From an uncultured virus (IMG/VR IMGVR_UViG_2912893941_000001) (Duplodnaviria; Heunggongvirae; Uroviricota; Caudoviricetes): DNA of 64,000 nucleotides. Shown in pieces: positions 37,590 to 46,967 of the stretch. A program made the position numbers and the translations under genes. How positions within the stretch are numbered: position 1 is the stretch's first letter; each line of letters opens with the position of its first letter. The DNA lies in the IMG/VR virus record IMGVR_UViG_2912893941_000001, positions 1 to 64,000 of that record, one strand, 5' to 3'. A model generated the notes under the pieces. It was not told where the DNA came from. It worked only from the letters and a program-made list of their open reading frames with translations, and searched no databases.

Positions 37590-37736
37590 TTATGTGCGGC
37601 GACGGTGTTTCTTGGTCGGAATCCGTCGCTCTTTTGCTTTCGCCTCTTTGCGCATCTTGCGAAGTTCTAGCGATAGTTTGAAAATCGCTAACCAAGTGCC
37701 TAGGAGCGCTGAAAGCTTTACGATGATGTCAATCAA
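37590..37736 (-). CDS. 48-aa TM peptide with a basic tail, type I toxin-like (not in ORF track)
   Basis: AAAGGAGGTG RBS; MIDIIVKLSALLGTWLAIFKLSLELRKMRK...KKHRRRT; GC hairpin follows. Confidence 0.65.
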   Translation of the reverse strand: MIDIIVKLSALLGTWLAIFKLSLELRKMRKEAKAKERRIPTKKHRRRT

Positions 37737-37842
37737 TTTACCGTTCACCTCCTTTCGTTACTTTAATTATATCGCATAAACGTTATAACGTCAATACGTT
37801 ATTGATAAAAATATCGTTTTTACGTTATAATAAGCGTAGGAG

Positions 37843-38082
37843 GTGGCGGAAATGATCGCAAAGATAAAGGTAGGCGAGGCGTTAAAGCGCTCGGGCAAGA
37901 CGCAGGGAGAACTCGCTGAACTAACCGGAATCCGTCCGAATACAATAAGTGAATTAGTCCGCGGACATAGAGAACGTATCCAGCTCGACCATCTCAGCCG
38001 GATTGCGGCGGCGTTGAATATAAAAGACATACGTGAACTGATCGATCTTGTAGACGAAGAAAACGGAGGCGCTGACGAATAG
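37843..38082 (+). CDS. XRE/HTH_26 regulator
   Basis: TQGELAELTGIRPNTISEL. Confidence 0.85.
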   Translation: MAEMIAKIKVGEALKRSGKTQGELAELTGIRPNTISELVRGHRERIQLDHLSRIAAALNIKDIRELIDLVDEENGGADE

Positions 38083-38148
38083 TTGGCGTCTTTTTTCGTG
38101 GGTTCGTTTAGTCTGCGATTCTCAATTACGATAATCTAAATGATAATG

Positions 38149-38199
38149 AACACGACTTTATTCGTACAAATCGGGCAAAAACACGACTTTATTCGTACA
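38149..38199. repeat. Perfect 20-bp direct repeat (two copies)
   Basis: AACACGACTTTATTCGTACA at 38149 and 38180. Confidence 0.85.
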
Positions 38200-39481
38200 C
38201 CCGAAAAGTGGGTTCACGCTTAGAGCCGCAAGGGATACAGCCGTTTTAGTCCGCCAATCACTTCTTAGTCTTGTGAGTCACAAGCCTCCGGAACTACGGC
38301 TCCGCCTTCGTCCGGGGTTAACGCAATCAATATATCTATTAATATCTGCGCGTATGTAGGGAACGAAGTGACCGGAGTTAGCGCTATGTTTAAATACAAG
38401 CGGAAGACACTCGTTAATATAGCGTTAATCTAACGAAATAAATAACGGAAGGGCAACGATAATACCGTATAATTTACCTCGATATGCTGTCTTACGTAAT
38501 AGAAGGACGTAACATACCGTATAACCTAGCGATAGGCAGGCGGGATATAGCCGGCACACATACGCTATATGTAACACCGTATAGGCATACGTATAGTTAT
38601 ATAGGAAGGAAGGCGGCGGAGAGGCGTCCGGTTGCGATGCGCGATGAGGCGGACAGCAACGAGCCACTGCCGGAGGATGAGCCCTTCCGAAACTCACGGG
38701 GTCAAACCGAATGACCAACGCAATATGCACGATCCTATACATAGCATACGGCACATGGCATACGGCAGGGTGCAGGCGTGGCGCGGATTCTCGAATGCAT
38801 AAACAATGTACGTTTAATTGCGATGAGTAAACGATGACGAACGTTATCATATCAACGTTTGTCTATTGATTCGAATGTAACTCAATTTACTTCTGTTAAA
38901 TTCGTTATTCATAAATATGTATTTAATATACGATGACCCAAACGAAGAATCGCGGAAACGCCGGGCCCCCCAACCGCCCCCAAAAATACCGGCGCAACTG
39001 CTGTCCGGAACTTGCGCACAATTTTTCGAACTCGGGGCGTCAACTAAACGGAGGTGATCGCGTTGTTCATTCAGGTTCAACGGCTGACAGACGACCAGAA
39101 GGCGCTATTAACGGAAAGGTTTGCGGAGATGCTCGAAGGAGACGGCGTGATAAAGATCACTGTAAATTGCGGAAGGCCCTCCATATACGACATGGTAAGT
39201 AGAACGACGAGCTTCGAAATCATCGAATCGATTACGAAATGATAAACGGAGGTGCAGCCGATGCCCCATAGATGCGACGTTTGCGAAAAAGATTGCGAAG
39301 TAGAATACGATGATATTAACGATCGTCATATGTGCGAGCGATGTTGGGACGAATATTACGAGGCTTGTTATTATGGCGGCTTAACATAACGATTCTGCCA
39401 CGAAATAAACACGCCACAGCCGGTTTAATCCAGTCGGAGGGTATTCGGTAGGGCGACGGTTAGAGGCGCTAATTTATACGA

Positions 39482-39558
39482 ATGCGGTGGCGGAATAGGT
39501 AGACGCAGACAAGCCGGAGGGCCGTAAACTTATGCGAGGTGCAAATCCTCGCCCGCAT
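39482..39558 (+). ncRNA. tRNA-like element lacking a canonical anticodon arm
   Basis: Leu-type D arm TGGCGGAATAGGTAGACGC, T-like arm GCGAGG-TGCAAAT-CCTCGC, closing stem ATGCGG/CCGCAT. Confidence 0.5.
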
Positions 39559-39704
39559 AATAAACGAATAGCCAAGGCGGCGTGCCAAGCTATCGCAGCT
39601 TGCTAAAAGCCAACAGCGCCAACTATACATCCGGCATTGTCCGGCAGAAAAACGAGCGAGTAAGGGATGCGTCCTGATCTCGGTGTATAGACGCAATCAG
39701 AACG

Positions 39705-39736
39705 AGGCTTCCGCACCCTACGGCGGAGGTCTTTTT
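39705..39736 (+). terminator. Intrinsic terminator
   Basis: AGGCTTCCGC...GCGGAGGTCT followed by a T tract. Confidence 0.75.
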
Positions 39737-39784
39737 GTGCTTGCGTAAAGCGAGCGAATTAGAAACGAAAAGGAGACGATGTGA

Positions 39785-40402
39785 ATGGCGGACAAACGCG
39801 AATCAACAAGAAATTCAGTAATGGCGGGGGTAGCTACAAACAAAACAGGCTACTCCTTATCAGACGGATATCAAGCTCCAAAATTCAGCCTGGAATCTCA
39901 AACCGGAAATATCTACGCAACGGGCGACATTAACGTAAAAGTAGCCGTAGAGGTATCCGAAGCTATAACCGGCCTCAAAGCGCTACAGCGCGAAGCAAAG
40001 GCGGCGACACAGGCGCTAGCTGAATTGCGCGAGGAGCAGGCGAAGCACGAAGATACTCCCTCAACTGTTTACGAGGAGTATATCGAAAATGTAAAACGAT
40101 TAGCTGGCGATTGGTACTCGGAGGAATTTCGATTAGCGAACGACATTATTTACGGCGCTTACTCTTCAGGCGCAGAAGGTGAAGTCTACATTGGTCGAGG
40201 GATGGGAACAAGCACGTCAATCCGGGCATTAGAAAATACGTTTAAAGATGTTGTTTATCTATCTGTAGAAACCCAAAGAAACGCGCCGAATTTAAACGGA
40301 AAAGTAGTTTTTGTAGATCCGGGTGTCAGTGTTCCGAGAGGACAGAGAATCAAGCGGTTATTAAAAATCTCTTGTGTAGATGGAAATGGAGTTCCGTGTT
40401 AA
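39785..40402 (+). CDS. Hypothetical protein
   Basis: AAAGGAG RBS; GLKALQREAKAATQALAEL. Confidence 0.7.
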   Translation: MADKRESTRNSVMAGVATNKTGYSLSDGYQAPKFSLESQTGNIYATGDINVKVAVEVSEAITGLKALQREAKAATQALAELREEQAKHEDTPSTVYEEYIENVKRLAGDWYSEEFRLANDIIYGAYSSGAEGEVYIGRGMGTSTSIRALENTFKDVVYLSVETQRNAPNLNGKVVFVDPGVSVPRGQRIKRLLKISCVDGNGVPC

Positions 40403-40698
40403 TGGAGTTCGTAGTTATGATAGTCGAGACACCGGAGCAAGCCAGATTTCTCGAAAATATTTTTAGAGAAGTCGACAACAAGCGTATTTATTTCCGAGCT
40501 TTAGCTGTTGGTCAGGCAGCCGTCGGTTGGCAACATAAAGGAACGCGTCCAACTAAGGTTATAGTAGCGTACAGGGAACTTACAACCGATCGAGAGAAGC
40601 GGTGGGAGCGAGAGGTCGTCAGAAATATCGGGTATAAAGACACGCATCCGACGAAGAAGACACAGTGGATAAAATTAAACGGAGGCGGTCGCCTATGA
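40402..40698 (+). CDS. Hypothetical protein
   Basis: TAATG coupling. Confidence 0.55.
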   Translation: MEFVVMIVETPEQARFLENIFREVDNKRIYFRALAVGQAAVGWQHKGTRPTKVIVAYRELTTDREKRWEREVVRNIGYKDTHPTKKTQWIKLNGGGRL

Positions 40699-40913
40699 CA
40701 AATAAGCAAATGGAATCCCACTGTGCCCCATCCAATTGTTCACGCCATTTCGAAGTTTGCGAATGCAAGTCGATGTGTCTGCTGCGGTATGGAGCCGAAA
40801 TACGGAAGCGGCAGGAAGAAGTCGGAGCTGCAGTCGGCATATACGAAAAAAGACGAGCACACCTACGTTGGCTGCGGCTCAAACGTTGGGGCGCCCGTCG
40901 TCTTATAGATTAA
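40695..40913 (+). CDS. Small Cys-rich hypothetical protein
   Basis: GGAGG RBS before ATG at 40695. Confidence 0.5.
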   Translation: MTNKQMESHCAPSNCSRHFEVCECKSMCLLRYGAEIRKRQEEVGAAVGIYEKRRAHLRWLRLKRWGARRLID

Positions 40914-41451
40914 CATTCGCGTATACTTCGTCGATCCGGTCCTGATTGATTCCGATATATCTCAACGTGACCGACTGCTTCGAGTGGTTGAAAATCGATT
41001 GAAGTAGCGTAAGATCTGTGCCGTTCTTGTACGCGTGGTAGCCGAAAGTCTTACGCAACGAATGGCAGCCGATTGTGCCGAGCTTCTCTGAAAGGCCTGC
41101 GCGCTCAATAGCTTCGTTAAGAATCCCGTAAGCACGGACGCGGGTAATAGCTTTCGAACCTTTCCGAGAAGGGAAAAGCCAGTCGTCGTCGTTTGCTTCG
41201 GCCGGAATCAGGTCAGCAACGGCTTTCTTGATTGCGGCATTGAAGAAGAAACGTTTTGACTTCTTCGTTTTCCCTTCCGTAATCGCAACGAAGTCCTTTC
41301 CGCGCACATCACCGACTTTGAGTGCGAGTATATCGGAAATACGTAGGCCGGAATTAATGCCGAGCGTAAATAAAAGCAGATCACGCCCGCGAAGGGCTTT
41401 TTTTATTGCGTTTATTTGGCGTTTTTCTCTAATCGGTTGGACTTCGTTCAT
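40903..41451 (-). CDS. Small tyrosine recombinase (catalytic domain only)
   Basis: SGLRISD, HSLRKTFG and FNHS...TLRYIG motifs. Confidence 0.9.
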   Translation of the reverse strand: MNEVQPIREKRQINAIKKALRGRDLLLFTLGINSGLRISDILALKVGDVRGKDFVAITEGKTKKSKRFFFNAAIKKAVADLIPAEANDDDWLFPSRKGSKAITRVRAYGILNEAIERAGLSEKLGTIGCHSLRKTFGYHAYKNGTDLTLLQSIFNHSKQSVTLRYIGINQDRIDEVYANVNL

Positions 41452-41533
41452 GCGAACTTCACTCCGTTCTCAATATGTTAAATTCATATTAACGAAATTA
41501 AAAACGAAAGTCAAGCGAAAGGAGGGCGATAAT

Positions 41534-43288
41534 TTGGCGTATATTAACGGGAAATGGTTGGATCGTGAAGAGCGGCAAGAACGTATCGACTTATTGATCG
41601 AGAGTGTGCGTCGATTAGCGGCCCTCATTAAAGCGAAAAAAGCCACCGATTACCATATCGATATGTTCCGGAAGAACAAGGCCGAATTAATTAAGCTGAA
41701 GCGTGTTCATCGTGCCGAGGTGGATATCGCATATTTCACCTACGAGTATTTGAGCGACGGCCTAAATCCGGAAAACGAGGATAATGTCGTAAGGAACTCG
41801 GATGACGGGACGCCTCACGATGGCATTGAAGATATCGCAAAGATACACGAAGAGTTTTTCGAGCTTTGCGATTACGTCAACGAAGAGAAAAGGAACGCGC
41901 GGCTTGCAATCGCGGCTGCTCGGGGCCACTCGAAATCCGGTATGTTTTCGAACGCCTTGCCGTTACATCAGGCGGCTTACAGAAAACGCAAATATATTCT
42001 TGTCATATCAGAGACGGATTCGCTCTCGAAAAAGCTTATCGGATGGGTTAACAAGCAGATGAAGTTTAACGCTAAACTGCGGGAAGACTTCGGCCCTATG
42101 ATGCACGAGTCGGCGAGCCGCAACGAAAAGGATAACGAAGAGGCGTTCATTACCACGACGAATATCCTTATCGAGTCGTCATCTTCCGGTAAGCAGCTTC
42201 GCGGTAAGCGTCACGGAGCTGTCCGGCCGGATCTCGTAATAATTGACGACCCGTCATCGACAAACAACGAAGGAACCAAGGAAGCACGTGAAAAGCTCGT
42301 TCATTGGTTTAACTCGGTCGTTGTTCCGATCGGGTCTAAGGCGACGGCAATCGTGTTAGTCGGGACAATGGTTTCGGCGACCGGGCTTCTTAACCACGTT
42401 CTGAAGCGTAAGGATTTCAAGGCGAGCTTTCACGGAGCGATCATAAGCGAGCCAACACACCCGGAATTATGGGACAAATACTGCGAGGTCTATGCGAGAG
42501 CAGAAACGATCGAAGAGGCTGACGAATTTTACGAAGCGCATAAAGAGGCGTTGGAGGACGGCGTCGAACTGGCGTGGCCTTGGCGCTGGACCTATCGCGA
42601 GCTTATGCACGAAAAAGTAAACATGGGAACGCGTGCATACAATTCGGAATTCCGAAACTTGGCTTTCAGTGAAGACGAGCAGTTCTTTTTCCCGGAGAAT
42701 TACGCTTATTACCACTACTACCACGAGAACGGAACTGCCCATGTCGTATATAACGAATTGAAAATACCGATCAGCGATCTTTTGATCGTCGGTGCGTGGG
42801 ATATCGCGCAAGGAAAAAATGCGCGGTCCTGCTATAACTCGGTTATTACCCTCGGTAAACACGAGCCGACCGGCTATATTTTCGTACTGGACGAATACGC
42901 GTCGAAGGAACCGGCGCACGTATACATTGACGTCATTATTCGGAAGATCAAACAATACCGGCATCGTTCCTTCAACGTCGAAACAATAAACGCGCAGCAC
43001 GAATACTATCGTCAGCTTCAGGAGCGGGTCCGGCAGGAAGGTCTTTATACGTGCCGCGTGAACGATGTGAAATCGCATAAGTCTTCGAAAGACGAGCGTA
43101 TTCAGTCGATGGAACCGATGCTGCATAACAAAACGCTGATTCTGAACGATAGGCACACGATGCTGCTCGATCAGATGGCGCAGTATCCTTTCGGCGATTA
43201 CGTTGATTCACTCGACGCGCTTCAGCAGGCGCTCGAATCCGTATTCAGGCCGAAAACAAGGCTGGTGAAGAAGCCGGGATGGCTATAA
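41534..43288 (+). CDS. terL: Terminase large subunit
   Basis: ARGHSKS (Walker A), RPDLVIIDD (Walker B), C-terminal nuclease (WDIA, DSLDA); RBS at 41521. Confidence 0.92.
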   Translation: MAYINGKWLDREERQERIDLLIESVRRLAALIKAKKATDYHIDMFRKNKAELIKLKRVHRAEVDIAYFTYEYLSDGLNPENEDNVVRNSDDGTPHDGIEDIAKIHEEFFELCDYVNEEKRNARLAIAAARGHSKSGMFSNALPLHQAAYRKRKYILVISETDSLSKKLIGWVNKQMKFNAKLREDFGPMMHESASRNEKDNEEAFITTTNILIESSSSGKQLRGKRHGAVRPDLVIIDDPSSTNNEGTKEAREKLVHWFNSVVVPIGSKATAIVLVGTMVSATGLLNHVLKRKDFKASFHGAIISEPTHPELWDKYCEVYARAETIEEADEFYEAHKEALEDGVELAWPWRWTYRELMHEKVNMGTRAYNSEFRNLAFSEDEQFFFPENYAYYHYYHENGTAHVVYNELKIPISDLLIVGAWDIAQGKNARSCYNSVITLGKHEPTGYIFVLDEYASKEPAHVYIDVIIRKIKQYRHRSFNVETINAQHEYYRQLQERVRQEGLYTCRVNDVKSHKSSKDERIQSMEPMLHNKTLILNDRHTMLLDQMAQYPFGDYVDSLDALQQALESVFRPKTRLVKKPGWL

Positions 43289-43304
43289 GAAAGGAGGCGA
43301 TAAA

Positions 43305-43736
43305 ATGTCGCGTATGAAAGAGCTTGAAGCAAAACTAACGCTTCAGCAACGTAAGGCAGCGCAAGTCGTTGCGAGTAATGAAGTCACGCCCGAAGACGGG
43401 AACAAACGAAGTCAGGACGCGCTGGCCGAAGAAATCGGCGTAAGTCGTATGACGCTCTATCGATGGCGGTTTCAAAATCCGATATTCATCGAATACATGA
43501 ACCTATTAGCGGACGACATGCTTTCCGGGCACCGGTCCGAAGTATACGGGCAGCTCCTAAAGCTGATAAAAGGACCGCAGCCTTCAGTTAAAGCTATCGA
43601 CTTGTTCATGCGTCGTCATGGCTTACTGACCGATCGTCAGATAACGACCAATGAAACAGACGACGGCGCCCGCAGTAACGAAGATATCGAGAAGGAAATC
43701 GAAGACCTACCTGACATTATCGGAGAGGAGGAATAG
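43305..43736 (+). CDS. HTH protein (phBC6A51-like), possible small terminase
   Basis: SQDALAEEIGVSRMTLYRW; lies between terL and the portal gene. Confidence 0.7.
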   Translation: MSRMKELEAKLTLQQRKAAQVVASNEVTPEDGNKRSQDALAEEIGVSRMTLYRWRFQNPIFIEYMNLLADDMLSGHRSEVYGQLLKLIKGPQPSVKAIDLFMRRHGLLTDRQITTNETDDGARSNEDIEKEIEDLPDIIGEEE

Positions 43737-43738
43737 CG

Positions 43739-45370
43739 TTGGGGTTTTTCAATTTACTAAAGAAACACGACCAGCCTTCGGATGAGTACACGGTTAGAAA
43801 GACGTACAGCATCATTCGGGAAGGCGCGCAATTTCCTCCGGACGATTCAATCAAGAGGTTGGCGAAATATAAACGTATGCGTAAGCTCTTCGAAGGAAAT
43901 CACCGAGACGTATACGAAAGGGCTACGGACATTTTAAAAGATTCGCCACAAGCGAAACAGCTCGAAAAGCTCTACATCGCTATAAATCTCGCGGATATTT
44001 TGGTAACGAAGCCTGCGGATCTGTTGGTAGGAGAACCGGTTCACTTTGAGAGCGGACTGGACGACACTAGCGAAGAGCAAAAGGCGCTCAACCGATATGT
44101 AGAAGAAAACGATCTCAATCAACTGCTGCACGAGAGCGCCATGTCGAACGGATATCGCGGTGACGCGTGGATTAAGGTTCGATTTGGCTACCGCCAAGAC
44201 TATTCCGAACTTATCGCGAGGGGCTTAGAGATTCCAGAAGATGCGAAAATGGAGTCCGTTGTTGAGCATGTTAATGCGAATAGCGTTTTCCCTGAGTTTT
44301 CAGCCGGGAACGTTAAGCAGATCAAAGCGGTCAATATAGCCCAAGTCGAATGGGTAGAGACGGAGCAGACGGAAATTCCTTTCCTAAACGTAGAGCGCCA
44401 TATACCGGGACACATCTTCTATACGCGCTACAGACTATATCAGAATGGCGTCGATGTTTCAGGTGGCGCCCCAATCAGCGTTTTCAATATAGGCGAAGAG
44501 GTGCCGACGGGCCGCGAAGAAGACCACGAAGAAACATTCCTCCCGCACATTCCGGTATTTCACATCCCGTACAAGTCTATTGATGACAGTTATTTCGGTA
44601 TTGGTGGATTGGAGAAGATTGAAACGGTATTCGCAGCGATCAACGACCGGCTTGTTCAGATCGATTATATTCTTTGGAAACACAGTGACCCCACAGCGTA
44701 CGGTCCGGATTTAGAATCAACTAACGGAGCCGTTCAGTTTGGTGGCAAATACATTCCGGTAAATAAAGACGACCCAACGCCCGGATATATGGTGTGGCAG
44801 GCTCAGCTTGATGCCGCGTTCAAACAGCTCGACATGCTATTGAGTATTGTCTTTCAGATGTCTGAGACTCCGCAATGGCTTTTCGGAACAACAATGTCCG
44901 GAGACAATTCAGGCGGAACAGGCACGTCGCATACAGACGGTGCGGCGATCAAAGCTCGCTTCATGCCGATTCTTTCGAAGGTAAAGCGGATACGGGCGCA
45001 CTATGACCGAGCGGTAAGAGACGCCCTTTGGACGTGTATGCTGCTCGAAAAAGCAGTCGGTGTCATCGACGTTGAAAATGCGGTTTATCCACGGGCTATT
45101 TGGAGCGATGGACTTCCGAAGAATGAAAAAGAGCTCGCTGAAATTATGCAAATCCGTACAGGCGGCAAGCCTACGATTGACGTTCGTGGAGCCATTAAGC
45201 AGCAGGACGACGTGGACGACGAGAAAGCTGACGAAGTCATTCGCCGCATTGAAGAAGACGAAAAAACGACGAGCGGCTTTGTTGACGGATCGATTTTCAA
45301 TAAGGAAGGACCGGAAAATAGCCACTCAGACGAGGATAAAGAGGAAATCGCAGAGGAGGACGGTAGTTAA
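43739..45370 (+). CDS. Portal protein (SPP1-like)
   Basis: Position, size, INLADILV motif, acidic tail. Confidence 0.85.
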   Translation: MGFFNLLKKHDQPSDEYTVRKTYSIIREGAQFPPDDSIKRLAKYKRMRKLFEGNHRDVYERATDILKDSPQAKQLEKLYIAINLADILVTKPADLLVGEPVHFESGLDDTSEEQKALNRYVEENDLNQLLHESAMSNGYRGDAWIKVRFGYRQDYSELIARGLEIPEDAKMESVVEHVNANSVFPEFSAGNVKQIKAVNIAQVEWVETEQTEIPFLNVERHIPGHIFYTRYRLYQNGVDVSGGAPISVFNIGEEVPTGREEDHEETFLPHIPVFHIPYKSIDDSYFGIGGLEKIETVFAAINDRLVQIDYILWKHSDPTAYGPDLESTNGAVQFGGKYIPVNKDDPTPGYMVWQAQLDAAFKQLDMLLSIVFQMSETPQWLFGTTMSGDNSGGTGTSHTDGAAIKARFMPILSKVKRIRAHYDRAVRDALWTCMLLEKAVGVIDVENAVYPRAIWSDGLPKNEKELAEIMQIRTGGKPTIDVRGAIKQQDDVDDEKADEVIRRIEEDEKTTSGFVDGSIFNKEGPENSHSDEDKEEIAEEDGS

Positions 45371-46194
45371 TGCCTCGTTCTCCTGAGCCTCAATACGATT
45401 ATCAGACGAATCGGCTTGCCGGATATTATCAGGAAGCGATACAAGACATCCTGACCGAGCTTGAACGAATTGACCTCGATAATTTTCGAAGGGCTAACGC
45501 GTTGGCGACCTTGAAATCTATTAGCGAGATCCTCAGCGATTTAGACGAAAAATCTTCCGCATGGGTCAAAAAGAATGTTCCGAAGGCGGCCACCGATGGT
45601 ATTGCGCGAGCACTGGTCGCTCTTGACGTAGCAAAGACGGTAGCTGACGCAGAAAAAATCGTTGCTTTTAACGAGGTAAACAAGTACATGGTTGCGGCGG
45701 CTGTAGCGGATACGCAGTCGGATTTATTAGCGATTACGCAAAACGTCGATAGGAAGACGCGGGCTGCCGTCAGGAAAGCCGTTTCGGATTCGATGCGGCT
45801 TAATATGACCAAAGGGACGAACGGACGGCGCAGCATAACGGATCTGGTGCGCAAGTCTCTTCGGGCTTCGGTGAGTACCGGCATTATTGACGCGAGGGGA
45901 AATCGATGGAAGCCGGAAGTGTATGCGGACATGGTCGTCCGTACAAAAATGATGGAAACCTATCGGGAGGCCCATACGAATGAGGCGGTAAGTCGTGGCG
46001 CATATTATGCGCAAATTTCGTCGCACGGAGCGAAGGATCTATGCCGTCTCCATGAGGGACAAATCATTAAGCTGACTGACGATGCTCCCGGCAATTATCC
46101 GACATATGACGAACTCAAAGCGACCGGGGAGATATTTCACCCGCGTTGTAAGCACGTAATTTCTACAATAAGAAACCCATCAAGCGCCGTGTAG
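45370..46194 (+). CDS. Minor capsid/head morphogenesis protein
   Basis: DARGNRWKPEVYADMVVRT and FHPRCKH motifs. Confidence 0.8.
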   Translation: MPRSPEPQYDYQTNRLAGYYQEAIQDILTELERIDLDNFRRANALATLKSISEILSDLDEKSSAWVKKNVPKAATDGIARALVALDVAKTVADAEKIVAFNEVNKYMVAAAVADTQSDLLAITQNVDRKTRAAVRKAVSDSMRLNMTKGTNGRRSITDLVRKSLRASVSTGIIDARGNRWKPEVYADMVVRTKMMETYREAHTNEAVSRGAYYAQISSHGAKDLCRLHEGQIIKLTDDAPGNYPTYDELKATGEIFHPRCKHVISTIRNPSSAV

Positions 46195-46284
46195 CGCTTT
46201 TTTATTTTGTCCGAACGTTATGACGTTAAAAGAAACGGCTGCATCACTCAATAGCCGACGGGCTTTAAGCGGTGGAGGGACTGT

Positions 46285-46956
46285 ATGAGCGAAGAACTTA
46301 AAGAAACGCAAACAAGCGAGGTTACCGATCAAACTACGGCTGAGGTGCCGGAAAATAAACCTGAAGCGCAGACGGTGACTATGACGCAAGAGGAATTTAA
46401 CGCTGTAATTGCTCGCGAAAAGGGGCGCGTTAAGAACAAGTACGCTGACTATGACGAAGTGAAGGCGAAACTTAGCGATTACGAAAAAGCCCAGAAAGAA
46501 CGCGAAGAGGCGGAAATGACCGAGCTGGAAAAGCTTACGAAACAGCTCGACGAAAAGGCCGAAGCTGAAGCCACCTACGTAAAGCAGATTGAAGATTTAA
46601 AAGCGGCTGCTGAACAGGAAAAAGTGGCGAACGAATTTATCAAGGTTGCTACGAGCAACGGCATCGCCTACATTGACGACGCTTTACGTCTGGCTGACCT
46701 ATCCGCGGTAAAGGTTGAGGACGGAAAAGTAATCGGCATGGAGGACGTTGTAAAGGGGCTCGTTGACAATAAGCCATACTTGGTTGCGAAACAGCAAACG
46801 CTGAAGCCGATCGGCCAACCCTCTAATAGCGGAGGAGACGGAGACGGCGGAGAAATCAAGACGTTAGAAGCGCAGCTAAGCGAAGCAAGGAAAGAAAAGA
46901 ATTTTTCGAAGGTTATCGAGCTTTCAAACAAATTGAAATCACTTTTGAAGAAGTAG
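46285..46956 (+). CDS. Capsid scaffolding protein
   Basis: TQEEFNAVIA, KYADYDE and KPYL motifs; upstream of the major capsid gene. Confidence 0.8.
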   Translation: MSEELKETQTSEVTDQTTAEVPENKPEAQTVTMTQEEFNAVIAREKGRVKNKYADYDEVKAKLSDYEKAQKEREEAEMTELEKLTKQLDEKAEAEATYVKQIEDLKAAAEQEKVANEFIKVATSNGIAYIDDALRLADLSAVKVEDGKVIGMEDVVKGLVDNKPYLVAKQQTLKPIGQPSNSGGDGDGGEIKTLEAQLSEARKEKNFSKVIELSNKLKSLLKK

Positions 46957-46967
46957 GGGGAAAATAA

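Noticed and set aside
38149..38199. Mini CRISPR array
   Set aside because: Only two 20-bp repeats with an 11-bp gap, and no cas operon; the Cas4-like nuclease sits in the replication module
39482..39558. Functional tRNA-Leu gene
   Set aside because: No canonical anticodon stem-loop, non-canonical T loop and stem geometry
41228..41533. Long N-terminal extension of terL in the ORF track
   Set aside because: It overlaps the antisense recombinase, and an RBS supports TTG at 41534
42467..43156. 229-aa minus-strand ORF and many similar antisense ORFs
   Set aside because: They shadow well-supported + strand genes and lack recognisable motifs
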